Source: Taibaiella sp. (GTDB lineage Bacteria > Bacteroidota > Bacteroidia > Chitinophagales > Chitinophagaceae). From it: DNA of 64,000 nucleotides. The stretch's first letter is position 1, and each line of letters starts with the position of its first letter. The position numbers and the translations under genes are program-made. Below the pieces are notes generated by a model that did not search any database, was not told the DNA's origin, and saw nothing but the letters and a program-made list of their open reading frames with translations. Where the stretch lies: the NCBI GenBank assembly GCA_013815385.1, contig JACDGL010000012.1, positions 18,019 through 82,018 of the forward strand. The letters are read 5' to 3'. Shown here in pieces: positions 29,901-39,933 of this stretch.

Positions 29901-32053
29901 TGGCGGAGCCAAACAGAATAGTGCTGGCCACGCAGGGAATGTATGTGGAGAATTTCCGTATCAGCAGCGGTAACCAGTTTATTAGTGCCAATAGCGCGCA
30001 ACCACGCCCTAATACACCCCTAAGGGTAGATATCAGTAACCTGGTGATCGCTAACATTGCAGATATAATTAGTAAAGACACCACATTGGTGAATGGTATA
30101 CTGGGTGGTAATATAATACTGGAAAAAACAGTGCCTACTGCTGCACTCACCAGCTCATTGACCATACAGAACCTCTCGGTTATGGGAGATACCGTTGGCG
30201 ACCTGAAACTGGAAATAAATCACGAGAAGGAAAACGATCTCACCGCAAAAATGAATATCACCGGCAGGGGCAATGACGTATCACTGGCGGGTAATTATTA
30301 TCTGCAACCGGTGAATGGGAATGATTTCAATTTCGATCTGAATATGAATCCCCTGGCGCTGAAAGCATTTGAAGGCTTTGCCATGGGCCAGATCAGGAAT
30401 AGCAGCGGCTACCTGAGAGGCGATCTTAAAATTACCGGTACTACTTCCGCTCCGCAGATAAATGGTATGCTGACAACAGACCAGTTGGCTACTACTATAA
30501 GTTCGCTGAATGCCTATTTTAAAATGCCTTCAGAAAAATTGCAGTTTAGTTCTAAAGGGATACAATTTGATAATTTCCATTTGTATGACAGCGCAGGGAA
30601 TGATGCCGTGCTGACAGGCTATGTAAATACATCAAATCTGAAAAACATATCGCTGGATATGCAGGTGAACGCAAATAACTGGCGTGCTTTACACTCCACA
30701 GCCGGCGATAATAAGGTTTTCTACGGCGATGTCCTGCTCACAACTGATATGCATATAAAAGGCACACCTTCATCCCCTGTGGTAGACGGAAGCCTTAATA
30801 TATTAAAGGGTACTAAACTAACTGTGGTGATGCCTGAAACTGTACCTGAACTGGAAAGCAGTAAGGGCATTGTAGAGTTTTTCAGCATGCGCGATACAGG
30901 CAGGTACAATGTGTTTAAGACAGTAAAGCATAAGGATGCTCCTAAGTTGAAGCTTGGTTTAGGGTCGGAGATCAACGTAAATATGAGTGTGGATAAAAGC
31001 GCCGAGTTAACCATTGTGCTAGACAAGTCAACTGGCGACTTTGTAAATGTGCGCGGTGATGCTGCGCTCAATGCAGCTGTAACGCCCGATGGTACATTGG
31101 GCCTTACCGGCACCTATCAGCTGCACGAAGGCACTTACCAGCTAAACTATAATTTTATAAAACGTAAGTTTGTAATACAGGATGGAAGCAGCATCACTTT
31201 TTCGGGTGATCCTAAAGATTCGCGTGCGGATATAACTGCTGTTTACCTCGCAAATGTTGCACCCTATGACCTGGTGCAAAAACAAGTAACCGATCCGGCG
31301 CAGCTGAATTTTTACAAAGAACGATTGCCATTCAATGTAGAACTGCACATCCGCGGGCCTATACTTACACCTAGCCTTACGTTTAATATCTCCCTGCCCG
31401 ACAACCAGGTTTATCCGATCTCTTATGATGCGCTGGAACTGGTGCGGGGTAAACTAAACCAGGTGCGCCAGGATACCACAGAATTAAATAAGCAAGTCTT
31501 TGCCCTGCTTATCCTCAACCACTTTGTATCCGATGATCCGTTCTCGTCAGGTGCAGCAAGCAGTGCAACTTTTATTGCCAAGCAAAGTGTGAGCAGATTT
31601 ATTGGCGAGCAGCTTAACCAGTTTGCAAGCAACCTTGTAAAGGGTGTAGACCTGGCCGTAGATCTTGCTTCATCCGAAGATTATACGACCGGTTCCTACA
31701 GAGAGCGTACCGATCTTAATCTTGCCGCCTCCAAGCGCCTGCTGAATGACCGGTTAAAGGTGACCATTGGTAATGATTTTGAGTTATCGGGGCCGCAAAC
31801 AACACATGGCAGCCAGAATAGCCTTATACCCAGTAACCTTGCTGCCGATTACCTGCTTACCGCAGATGGCCGCTATACAATGAGGGCCTACCGGAAGAAT
31901 TATGATGAGGGCGTGCTGGAAGGATATGTAACGGAAACCGGGCTCAATTTTATTGTTAGTCTCGACTACAATAAATTCAGCAACATATTTAAGAAAACAA
32001 AAAAAACGAATAGTCAGGCGGCTGTAAACACAAGCCAGAAAAACGCTAAATGA
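26975..32053 (+). CDS. tamB: translocation and assembly module protein TamB (DUF490 C-terminus)
   Basis: 1692 aa with an N-terminal membrane anchor ILLFIIGGVLLLVAGVVVWL and a long beta-rich body. The C-terminus reads RLKVTIGNDFELSG...AADYLLTADGRYTMRAYRKN. A BamA/TamA-type gene follows with a 4-nt overlap. Confidence 0.85.
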   Translation: MRKVLKILLFIIGGVLLLVAGVVVWLNTNSGKGFVRDQALSYLRKKLKTEVYIGELGYGLPKYIVLKNVLFKDQAKDTLLNVRLLEVDIDMLKLLHKQVDIKQIKLEGVNAHIYRNAPDTAFNFSYIINAFTGPTKSPQPKKAKDTSTLVIDLNRLVLNDIHAKFDDHTGGTRMALDLHHLDLSMKKMDMRHMQFHIKSLAVAGLNTVVLQDTSYLPVNTKNTKASILQLVADDIDLQQVIFHYNSSISKFLMDVSLGKLKTKARIFDLAHEKIDLEQLALSQSTVKIVIGKHSPVPEKVKYILDTLPQASWRVLGADVQFTGVNFALDNENKPHQPIGMDYSHLDLRNLNLNTQDLYYTADTISGNVKSLTGTDQSGLDIKELRTRFLYCGQGAILRDLYLRTPNTVLQKYIEVRYPSLDALKKRVQTLQLNLDISNSIVGVKDIIEFAPMLYKQELFRRNRNAHFQLAATIKGNLDALNIKNLYISGFGSTEIQLNGRLSGLPDAKAISYNLNIARFRSSSNDIAPILPASVTKQIRIPARFSVAGQIAGNLKDYKTNLAITSTDGNAFLMGSILTSPGKGRERYDMAVRTDRLNLGRILRKDSLMGAVTARVNVKGQSFDVKKMNAVLNGTIAAASIKGYTYKQVKFNGKVVAGIGDLTLNSADNNARLDLDAHADMTGRYIALKALLKVDSMNFQALKLYKSDLRIHGIMNIDFPVLNPDYPQGTFIWNDPVIVMDGKRYLPDSMYISSKPSVDNSQNILVHMDVLQATVTGHTPLTKIGDIITEHINRHYSFAPRDSTSNGVLKAKSKVARMLLTKDTTKITGLPANYDLKVSAHIEDRPLLHVILPGIVSMDTVHVEGLLDPNTLYLNVDVPQMIYGSNTIDNAKVRVNGADSAFTYAVTVDHYSASKMQFWYGKINGNLDKNKITANVSLSDSAKKERFALAASLLQDRDTQIIQLQPGLKLNYQTWQVAEPNRIVLATQGMYVENFRISSGNQFISANSAQPRPNTPLRVDISNLVIANIADIISKDTTLVNGILGGNIILEKTVPTAALTSSLTIQNLSVMGDTVGDLKLEINHEKENDLTAKMNITGRGNDVSLAGNYYLQPVNGNDFNFDLNMNPLALKAFEGFAMGQIRNSSGYLRGDLKITGTTSAPQINGMLTTDQLATTISSLNAYFKMPSEKLQFSSKGIQFDNFHLYDSAGNDAVLTGYVNTSNLKNISLDMQVNANNWRALHSTAGDNKVFYGDVLLTTDMHIKGTPSSPVVDGSLNILKGTKLTVVMPETVPELESSKGIVEFFSMRDTGRYNVFKTVKHKDAPKLKLGLGSEINVNMSVDKSAELTIVLDKSTGDFVNVRGDAALNAAVTPDGTLGLTGTYQLHEGTYQLNYNFIKRKFVIQDGSSITFSGDPKDSRADITAVYLANVAPYDLVQKQVTDPAQLNFYKERLPFNVELHIRGPILTPSLTFNISLPDNQVYPISYDALELVRGKLNQVRQDTTELNKQVFALLILNHFVSDDPFSSGAASSATFIAKQSVSRFIGEQLNQFASNLVKGVDLAVDLASSEDYTTGSYRERTDLNLAASKRLLNDRLKVTIGNDFELSGPQTTHGSQNSLIPSNLAADYLLTADGRYTMRAYRKNYDEGVLEGYVTETGLNFIVSLDYNKFSNIFKKTKKTNSQAAVNTSQKNAK

Positions 32054-34335
32054 TAAGGAAAGCCGTTACATATATCTTGTTAGTGGGTGCAGTGCTAATG
32101 GCATCGTGCAGTAATACAAAGCATTTACCTGCAGGTGATAGTTTATTTACCGGGGGCAAAATAAATTTAAAAGATAAAACGGTTGGTAAGCGTACACGAA
32201 AAGTACTGGTAGAAGATATGGAAAACGCCGTGAGGCCGAGGCCAAACTCATCATTCCTTGGCATTCCTTTTAAATTGACGCTGTATAATCTGGGGGGCAG
32301 TACTACAAAAAAGAAAGGGGTAAAGGCTTGGTTCCACAAAATAGGTGAGCCACCGGTGCTGGGCAGTAAAGTAGATATGGCCTTTAACAAGGCTGTTCTC
32401 GAGAATATGCTGCAGAACCGCGGATTTTTTTATCCTTCTGTAAAACCCACATTAGTAGTAAAGCACAAAAGAAGCAAGGCAGTATTTGATGTAACAACCG
32501 GCCCGCAATACACAATCAGGAAAGTCTTTTTTGAGCGGGATTCCAGCAATGTATCGAAAGAAATTTTTAATAGCAAAGATCATACATTGCTCGATTCAGG
32601 GCAATCGTATAACCTGACATTGGTTAAAGCAGAGCGCGACCGTATTGATAAGTTTCTGAAAGAAGAGGGGTACTATTCTTTTAAAAGTGATTATATACTT
32701 GTGCGCGCAGACACAGGCGTTGGTAACCATCAGGTAGATCTGTATGTAAACCTGAAATTTGATGAGATGCCCCAGGAAGGGTATACTGCCTATACGATCG
32801 ATAATGTGTATGTATATCCAAATTACAGGCTGGATGGTGCTGCCGAAGATACCAGTAAGGAAGTAGCTGTAGAGTATAAAACGTATAAGATCGTAGACCC
32901 GGAACATAAATTCAATCCTAGAATATTCCCTGAGAATCTGGAATTTGCCAAAGGCGATATTTATAATCGGACTGATCAGAACGTCTCTTTAAGCAGGCTT
33001 ATAAATCTGGGTGTGTTCAAATATGTAAAGAATAGTTTTCGCGAATCTCCGGTCTCAGATACAATGCTTGATGTGTATTATTTTCTTACGCCTTTCCCGA
33101 AATATTCAATACGCTTTGTAGTGGGCGGGCTTACACAAAATGATAATCGTGCGGGTTCGCAGGTAAGTGTTAGCTGGTTAGATAAAAATACTTTCAAAGG
33201 TGCAGAGCTTTTACAATTTAAGGTCAATGGTGGTTTCGAAGCGCAGTATAGCGGGGCAGTAAGCCGCCCTAATATTTACAACTTTGGCGCAGAAGCTGAT
33301 CTATCGTTCCCACGTTTCGAAGTGCCGTTTTTTAACATTGGGTCTTATAGCTCCTATACACCTAAGACGATTCTTAAAGCGCTATATAATTATGAATTCC
33401 AATCAAACCTCCTACGGATCACCTCCTATACTGCTGCTTATGGGTATGACTGGAAAGAAAGCAGCCGGAAAGAACACCAGCTATATCCTTTCAATCTTAC
33501 CTATGTAAAAACAGATACCCTCGGCGATCCTTCAAGACTCAGTTTGCTGTATGGTAATCTTGTGTTTAATGGTATTATCCTCGGCCCTACATACGAATTC
33601 ACCTATAACTCACAGTCAGGCCCGTTAAAGACCAATAATTTTTATTTCGATGGGTTAATAGACTTTTCAGGAAATATACTGGGTATAGCGCAGAAAGCTG
33701 ATTACAGATCCAACCCGCAATCGCTCTTCGGCGCGCAATATGCGCAGTATATGAAGATACAATCCGATTTCAGGTATTATCTTAAGCTGACATCCGCTAC
33801 TACACTGGCTTCCCGTTTGTTTACGGGGGTTGGCCATCCATATGGTAATTCTTTCCAGTTACCCAACATCAAGCAATATTTCAGCGGGGGCAATAGTAGT
33901 TTGCGTGGGTTCCCTTCCCGATTGGTAGGGCCGGGCACATTCAATGAGTCTAATACCTCAGGCACCAATCATTATATTGAAACATTGGGCGATATGAAGC
34001 TTGAATTCAGTACGGAGGTGCGTACCAATATTTATAAATTCATAAACGGGGCTATATTTTATGATGCCGGTAATATCTGGCTATATAATGATAACCCATT
34101 GTTCCCCGGAGGTAAGTTTACAAGCAATTTTTATAAGGAGCTGGCGGTAGATATAGGCGCCGGTTTGCGTTTCGATTTTAAAATACTGATCCTCCGCCTG
34201 GATCTTGGTATTCCTATCCGTGAGCCTTGGCTACCTGAAAATAATCGCTGGGTCATCAATCAGATCAATTTTGGCAGCTCTTCATGGCGTAAGCAGAATA
34301 TGATACTTAATATAGCCATAGGCTACCCATTCTAA
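32050..34335 (+). CDS. BamA/TamA (Omp85) family outer-membrane protein, lipoprotein type (TamL-like)
   Basis: 761 aa with lipobox VLMASCSN and a C-terminal Omp85 barrel (GGNSSLRGF, ...AGLRFD..ILILRLDLGIPI, terminal GYPF). It is translationally coupled to tamB through ATGA. Confidence 0.83.
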   Translation: MIRKAVTYILLVGAVLMASCSNTKHLPAGDSLFTGGKINLKDKTVGKRTRKVLVEDMENAVRPRPNSSFLGIPFKLTLYNLGGSTTKKKGVKAWFHKIGEPPVLGSKVDMAFNKAVLENMLQNRGFFYPSVKPTLVVKHKRSKAVFDVTTGPQYTIRKVFFERDSSNVSKEIFNSKDHTLLDSGQSYNLTLVKAERDRIDKFLKEEGYYSFKSDYILVRADTGVGNHQVDLYVNLKFDEMPQEGYTAYTIDNVYVYPNYRLDGAAEDTSKEVAVEYKTYKIVDPEHKFNPRIFPENLEFAKGDIYNRTDQNVSLSRLINLGVFKYVKNSFRESPVSDTMLDVYYFLTPFPKYSIRFVVGGLTQNDNRAGSQVSVSWLDKNTFKGAELLQFKVNGGFEAQYSGAVSRPNIYNFGAEADLSFPRFEVPFFNIGSYSSYTPKTILKALYNYEFQSNLLRITSYTAAYGYDWKESSRKEHQLYPFNLTYVKTDTLGDPSRLSLLYGNLVFNGIILGPTYEFTYNSQSGPLKTNNFYFDGLIDFSGNILGIAQKADYRSNPQSLFGAQYAQYMKIQSDFRYYLKLTSATTLASRLFTGVGHPYGNSFQLPNIKQYFSGGNSSLRGFPSRLVGPGTFNESNTSGTNHYIETLGDMKLEFSTEVRTNIYKFINGAIFYDAGNIWLYNDNPLFPGGKFTSNFYKELAVDIGAGLRFDFKILILRLDLGIPIREPWLPENNRWVINQINFGSSSWRKQNMILNIAIGYPF

Positions 34336-34401
34336 TACAGCCCAGCCTGCCCACAAACAAGTACTGTATTAATATTTCACCAATCAGCATAACTTAGCGC
34401 C

Positions 34402-35838
34402 ATGGATTTTAAGATACTTCAGAAACAACAGGCAAAACACCAGGTATATATCATTGACAATGCAAAGGCGCTGGAACAGTTAAAGATACTTACCCAGCAG
34501 GAAAGCGCTTTTATCAGCGATGCTATCAAAAAGGAACAGTCTTTCACTACCATAAATAAGTACGACCGCTTTTTGTTTTTTTATACCGTAAAAGCGAAAA
34601 AGACCACGTGGCAAACAAGTGAAATGCTGCGTAAGGCAGGTGCCGAAATGCAGCTGTTACTTAACAAGCAGAAGATACAGGAGGTTACCATAACAAATAC
34701 ATCAGGGGTGGAGGGTGCTGCATATAACCTGGCAGAGGGTATAGCACTGGCTAACTACCAGTTCTTGAAATACCGTACTGAAAATAAAAAGCTGGAGAAT
34801 ACATTACGCACTATTTCCTTCACAAAGGACTCCGTTACACTAAAGGAGGTAACGCAGCTAAGGGTTGTTACGGAGGCTATATATACTGCCCGTACTATGG
34901 TCAATGAACCATTGAGCCATCTTTCTGCCACACAGCTTGCTAAAGAAATAGCAGATATAGGAAAGCTGGCAGGTTTTAAAGTTACCACACTTGGTAAGGC
35001 ACAGTTAGAAAAGGAAAAGATGGGTGGGCTGCTTGCAGTAAACAGGGGCAGTATAGACCCGCCAACGTTTTCTGTGATGGAGTACAAGCCACGTAAATCA
35101 TTAAATAAAACGCCTATTGTGCTGGTAGGCAAGGGGGTGGTGTACGATACCGGGGGCCTCTCTTTAAAACCTACGCCAAACTCTATGGACCGCATGAAAA
35201 GCGACATGGGTGGCGCAGCGTTGGTTACAGGAACTATGTATGCAGTAGCGCAACTACAGTTACCCTTACACATTATAGCCCTTGTGCCGGCTACAGATAA
35301 CCGCCCCGGAGAAAATGCCTATGTGCCCGGCGATGTAATAAGAATGTACAGCGGGGCAACGGTTGAAGTATTGAATACCGATGCTGAAGGCAGGTTGCTG
35401 CTTGGCGACGCGCTGCATTGGGCTAAACGATACAAGCCCGAACTGGTGCTGGACTTCGCTACACTAACAGGTGCTGCTTCGGTAGCCATAGGCGAGAATG
35501 GCATAGTATGCATGGGTACAGCAGGCGATGATACAAAGGCATCCTTCCGCGATAGCGGTTTCCGCCAGTACGAGCGTTTAGTGGAGTACCCGTTGTGGGA
35601 TGAGTACGGCGAAATGATAAAATCAGAAATAGCTGATCTGAAAAATGTGGGTGGCCCTTCGGGCGGTGCTATTACAGCCGGCAAGTTCCTGGAGCATTTT
35701 ACTGACTATCCCTGGATGCACTTTGATATAGCAGGCGTATCCTTTGCCACAGGCCGTAAAGGGTATATACCTTTTGGCGGTACAGCATACGGATTACGAA
35801 TGCTGCTCGATTTCCTGATGCATTATGGCAAAGCCTGA
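34402..35838 (+). CDS. pepA: leucyl aminopeptidase (M17)
   Basis: 478 aa. VGKGVVYDTGGLSLKP, MKSDMGGAA and NTDAEGRLLLGDAL are canonical M17 motifs. Confidence 0.92.
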   Translation: MDFKILQKQQAKHQVYIIDNAKALEQLKILTQQESAFISDAIKKEQSFTTINKYDRFLFFYTVKAKKTTWQTSEMLRKAGAEMQLLLNKQKIQEVTITNTSGVEGAAYNLAEGIALANYQFLKYRTENKKLENTLRTISFTKDSVTLKEVTQLRVVTEAIYTARTMVNEPLSHLSATQLAKEIADIGKLAGFKVTTLGKAQLEKEKMGGLLAVNRGSIDPPTFSVMEYKPRKSLNKTPIVLVGKGVVYDTGGLSLKPTPNSMDRMKSDMGGAALVTGTMYAVAQLQLPLHIIALVPATDNRPGENAYVPGDVIRMYSGATVEVLNTDAEGRLLLGDALHWAKRYKPELVLDFATLTGAASVAIGENGIVCMGTAGDDTKASFRDSGFRQYERLVEYPLWDEYGEMIKSEIADLKNVGGPSGGAITAGKFLEHFTDYPWMHFDIAGVSFATGRKGYIPFGGTAYGLRMLLDFLMHYGKA

Positions 35839-35867
35839 TTACTTTTGATCCTAATTTAGAAACGAAC

Positions 35868-36956
35868 ATGCTAGTGAATAAAGAACGCCCCGTTATAGGT
35901 ATTACTACCGGAGACCTGAACGGCATAGGGCTGGAGCTGATAATAAAAACATTTTCTGATAGCAGGATGCTAGATCTATGTACACCGGTTGTTTTCGCTT
36001 CCAACAAGGTGATCAACTATTACCGGCGTTTAACCCCCGACCATCCGCTCAATTTTTCCAGCACTAAAGATCTCAAACAGCTCAATCCAAAGCAGGTAAA
36101 TATTTTTAATTGCTGGGATGAGGAAGTGCCATTAGCGCCCGGCACGCTAACGGATGCTGCTGGCAAGTATGCTATACGCTCCCTGATGGTGGCAGCCCAG
36201 TGCCTAAAGGATGGTGAGCTGGATGCATTGGTTACGGCGCCTTTCCATAAAGGGAATACCCAGCTAAATGATTTCCCCTATACAGGCCATACACCATTTC
36301 TAAAAGAAAAATTCGGCGCTAAGGATGTATTGATGCTGCTCTATAGCCACAACCTGCGCGTTGCATTGGTAACCGAGCATATACCGGTTTCTAAAGTTGC
36401 TGCTGCCATTACAAAAGAATTGGTGCAGTCTAAGCTTAATATTCTTCGGGAAACATTAATTAAAGATTTTGGAATTGATAAGCCTAAGATCGCAGTACTG
36501 GGCCTTAATCCGCATGCCGGGGATGAGGGGCAGATAGGTAATGAGGAGCAGACCATATTGAAACCATTGATAGAAAATAGCCAGCGCCTCGGCCAGTTGG
36601 TGTTCGGGCCCTATAGTGCAGATGCGTTTTTTGCGCGTGGCAGCTATACGCAGTTCGATGCGGTATTGGCTATGTATCACGATCAGGGCCTTGTAGCATT
36701 TAAAACCCTGGCGCAGGGCGAAGGGGTTAACTATACCGCAGGCCTGCCGGTGATACGTACTTCTCCGGATCATGGTACTGCTTTCGATATAGCCGGAAAG
36801 AATATAGCTGACCCATCTTCGTTCCGCGAGGCAGTCTACCAGGCGCTCGATCTGTTGAACCAGCGCAATATATATGCAGAGAATACGGCCAATCCATTAC
36901 GCCGTGGTAAGATAGAAAAGGAAAAGGAAGACAGTACCGAAAAAACAGAGAGTTAG
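35868..36956 (+). CDS. pdxA: 4-hydroxythreonine-4-phosphate dehydrogenase
   Basis: 362 aa. PVIGITTGDLNGIGLE, GLNPHAGD.G, MYHDQG and IRTSPDHGTAFDIAG are PdxA signatures. Confidence 0.92.
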   Translation: MLVNKERPVIGITTGDLNGIGLELIIKTFSDSRMLDLCTPVVFASNKVINYYRRLTPDHPLNFSSTKDLKQLNPKQVNIFNCWDEEVPLAPGTLTDAAGKYAIRSLMVAAQCLKDGELDALVTAPFHKGNTQLNDFPYTGHTPFLKEKFGAKDVLMLLYSHNLRVALVTEHIPVSKVAAAITKELVQSKLNILRETLIKDFGIDKPKIAVLGLNPHAGDEGQIGNEEQTILKPLIENSQRLGQLVFGPYSADAFFARGSYTQFDAVLAMYHDQGLVAFKTLAQGEGVNYTAGLPVIRTSPDHGTAFDIAGKNIADPSSFREAVYQALDLLNQRNIYAENTANPLRRGKIEKEKEDSTEKTES

Positions 36957-36986
36957 CTATAATAAATTTACCTTAAATAATAGTAG

Positions 36987-37020
36987 TAAAACTGCGCGAC
37001 TATGTGCAGTTTTATTATTT
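36987..37020 (+). terminator. intrinsic terminator after pdxA
   Basis: The stem pairs AAAACTGC (36987-36994) with GCAGTTTT (37005-37012) and is followed by ATTATTTTT. Confidence 0.6.
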
Positions 37021-37068
37021 TTGCGCGACAGCCAGGCGTAATTTCTAATTTTCTTAATATATGGATCT

Positions 37069-38586
37069 ATGAAACGCGACGGCGAAAAGCAAAGTTTGTG
37101 GCAGCATGGTATAGTCGACTATACTCCTGTTAATAAGGCTACTGATGAAGTATATGACGTACTTATAGTAGGCGGGGGTATCACAGGTATCACTACAGCA
37201 TTATTACTCCAGTCCGAAGGCAAAAGATGTATTCTTGCAGAAGCGCAGAATCTTGGTTTCGGCACTACCGGAGGTACTACCGCGCATATCAATACAATGC
37301 TCGATACCACTTATGCGGAGATAGAAAAGAATTTTGGTGAAGATGGTGCAAAGCTGGTTTATCGGGGCGCCCGGGAGGCAATGGACCTTATAGAGGGATT
37401 GAATGACCGGTACCGGATAGATTGCGATTTTGTTTATCGTACCGCATATTTATACGCAGATACCCACAAAGAAAACGAAGAGCTCGAGAAAATATTGAAT
37501 GCATCCGAAAAAGCAGGCTGCGTCAGCTCATGGGCCTCAGGCATCCCGGTACCCATCCCTTTCACTAAGGCGGTGCGTTTTGAATTTCAGGCGCAGTTCC
37601 ACCCAATAAAGTATATACATGGCCTTGCTAAAGCGTATGAAGCCCAGGGGGGCATCATCAGGCAGCAATGCGCCGTTACCGGTATTAAGAGCAACGATGA
37701 TGGGGTAGTTGCCGATACCTCAGCAGGCGCCATTCGTGCAAAGCAGGCGGTCTATGCCACACACATACCTCCGGGTATCAATATTCTTCACTTTCGCAAT
37801 GCTCCTTACCGCAGCTACGCAGCAGCCTTTACTTTAAAAAATGGGGTGTATCCTGATGGGCTGGCGTACGATATGAAAGACCCTTATCATTACTTCCGCA
37901 CCCATGTTATAGATGGGCAGCAATATGTAATTGGTGGTGGCTTCGATCATAAAACCGGTCACAACGAAAACACAGAGTATGTATTTACAGAACTGGAAGC
38001 TTATCTGCGTAAATACTTTGATATAGATACCGTTGCTTATAAATGGTCATCACAATACTATATTCCGGCAGATGGGCTTCCTTACATAGGCCTTATGCCG
38101 GGCGAGGATAAAATATATGTCGCTACCGGTTTTGGGGGCAATGGAATGACGCTTGGCAGCCTTGCCGCCAAGGTGCTTTGCGGTCTGCTGGTAAATAGGG
38201 AAACACCGTATGCTGATATTTTCAGCCCTACGCGCATCAAGCCAGTTGCCGGCTTTGCCAATTTTGTAAAAGAAAATGCAGATGTAGTGAGTGCCTTCAT
38301 CAGCCGGCGTTTTAGCTACGAAAAGATCGCTGCGCTTGTAGAGCTGGCTCCCGGCGATGCTACCATTGCTGAATGGGAAGGTAAAAAGGTGGCGCTTTAT
38401 AAGGACGACAATGGCCGCGTACATGCACTAGACCCAGTTTGCCCGCACGCAGGATGTGTAGTAGCCTGGAACAATGCAGAAAAAAGCTGGGATTGCCCCT
38501 GCCACGGTGGACGGTACAGCGCTGATGGCGCTTTGCTCACAGGGCCTGCCCGCAAAGGGCTTGAAAGGATAGTGCTGGAAGATTAG
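37069..38586 (+). CDS. FAD-dependent oxidoreductase with a C-terminal Rieske [2Fe-2S] domain
   Basis: 505 aa. It has the dinucleotide motif DVLIVGGGITGITTA and a Rieske pair CPHAGC ... CPCHGG at the C-terminus. Confidence 0.85.
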   Translation: MKRDGEKQSLWQHGIVDYTPVNKATDEVYDVLIVGGGITGITTALLLQSEGKRCILAEAQNLGFGTTGGTTAHINTMLDTTYAEIEKNFGEDGAKLVYRGAREAMDLIEGLNDRYRIDCDFVYRTAYLYADTHKENEELEKILNASEKAGCVSSWASGIPVPIPFTKAVRFEFQAQFHPIKYIHGLAKAYEAQGGIIRQQCAVTGIKSNDDGVVADTSAGAIRAKQAVYATHIPPGINILHFRNAPYRSYAAAFTLKNGVYPDGLAYDMKDPYHYFRTHVIDGQQYVIGGGFDHKTGHNENTEYVFTELEAYLRKYFDIDTVAYKWSSQYYIPADGLPYIGLMPGEDKIYVATGFGGNGMTLGSLAAKVLCGLLVNRETPYADIFSPTRIKPVAGFANFVKENADVVSAFISRRFSYEKIAALVELAPGDATIAEWEGKKVALYKDDNGRVHALDPVCPHAGCVVAWNNAEKSWDCPCHGGRYSADGALLTGPARKGLERIVLED

Positions 38587-38687
38587 CAGCAGGGTACTAT
38601 TCATATAGATTATCTCCCTATAAACAAATTGTGAACGCCTCTCTCAGGGGGCGTTTTAGCGTTCACCCAATTTCCTATCTTTGGCAG

Positions 38688-39926
38688 ATGTTGACTTTTG
38701 AAAGGTTTACGCTGGAGAATGGACTAAGGGTGCTGGTACACCAGGATACTGCTACCCCTATGGTGGCAATGAATATACTGTACGATGTAGGGGCACGTGA
38801 TGAGGATCCCGGTCGTACCGGATTTGCTCACTTATTTGAGCACCTGATGTTTGGCGGGTCTGTGAATATCCCTACTTATGATGAGCCCCTGCAGATGGCA
38901 GGAGGGGAAAATAACGCCTATACTACCAACGATATTACCAACTACTACATACAGTTGCCCCTGCAGAATATGGAAACAGCCTTCTGGCTGGAGAGTGACC
39001 GTATGTTGTCGCTGGCTTTTAGCGACAAGAGCCTGGATGTGCAGCGAAAAGTAGTGAGCGAGGAATTTAAGGAACATTATCTTAATAAGCCTTATGGCGA
39101 TGTGTGGCATCACCTGCGCCTGCTTGCTTACAAACAGCATCCTTATCAATGGATGACCATTGGCATGAACCTGAAGCATATTGAAGATGCAAATCTGGAG
39201 GATGTAAAGGCATTCTTCTTTAAGCATTACCGCCCGGTAAATGCAGTAATGTGCGTGGCTGGTAATGTAACAGTGGCGCAAGTGAAAGAACTTGCCGAAA
39301 AATGGTTTGCGCCTATTCCGGAAGGAGAGAAATATGTGCGCAGCCTTCCCATAGAACCGGCGCAGCAGGATGCACGCATGGAAACAGTGTATGCAGATGT
39401 GCCGCTGGATGCATTGTATAAAGTATGGCATATGGTGGGCAGGTTATCACCGACCTATTATGCTTCTGATCTTATAACTGAAGTATTGGGAAATGGGTAC
39501 GCTTCGCGGTTATACCAGCGCCTTGTAAAGGAAAGGGAAATTTTCAGTAATATCAGCTGCTACCACATGGGTAGCTTAGACCCTGGCCTGCTGGTGGTAG
39601 AGGGCAAGGTACGCGAAGGCAAAACACTGGAAGAAGCAAATGAGGCAGTAGAGAACGAGATAAGCTTATTTGTTGCAGAAGGGATAACGGATATAGAATT
39701 GCAGAAGGCAGTGAATAAGATAGAGGCCATGATCGCATTCGAGGATATGAGTCTTTTATCAAGGGCTAACAACCTGGCATTTTATGAACTGCTGGGCGAT
39801 GCAGAATGGATAAATAAAGAGTGGGAAAAGTATAAGGAAGTTACCACTGCTTCGATCAAAGAAACTGCGGCAGCTATTTTTAAACCGCAGAATTGCAGCA
39901 CTCTTTTTTACAGAAAAAAAATATAA
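38688..39926 (+). CDS. M16 family (pitrilysin/insulinase-like) zinc peptidase
   Basis: The ATG at 38688 gives MLTFERFTLENGLRVLV, and the inverted zinc motif HLFEHLMF (HxxEH) is present. The track ORF starts at an upstream GTG. Confidence 0.87.
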   Translation: MLTFERFTLENGLRVLVHQDTATPMVAMNILYDVGARDEDPGRTGFAHLFEHLMFGGSVNIPTYDEPLQMAGGENNAYTTNDITNYYIQLPLQNMETAFWLESDRMLSLAFSDKSLDVQRKVVSEEFKEHYLNKPYGDVWHHLRLLAYKQHPYQWMTIGMNLKHIEDANLEDVKAFFFKHYRPVNAVMCVAGNVTVAQVKELAEKWFAPIPEGEKYVRSLPIEPAQQDARMETVYADVPLDALYKVWHMVGRLSPTYYASDLITEVLGNGYASRLYQRLVKEREIFSNISCYHMGSLDPGLLVVEGKVREGKTLEEANEAVENEISLFVAEGITDIELQKAVNKIEAMIAFEDMSLLSRANNLAFYELLGDAEWINKEWEKYKEVTTASIKETAAAIFKPQNCSTLFYRKKI

Positions 39927-39933
39927 CTGATAC

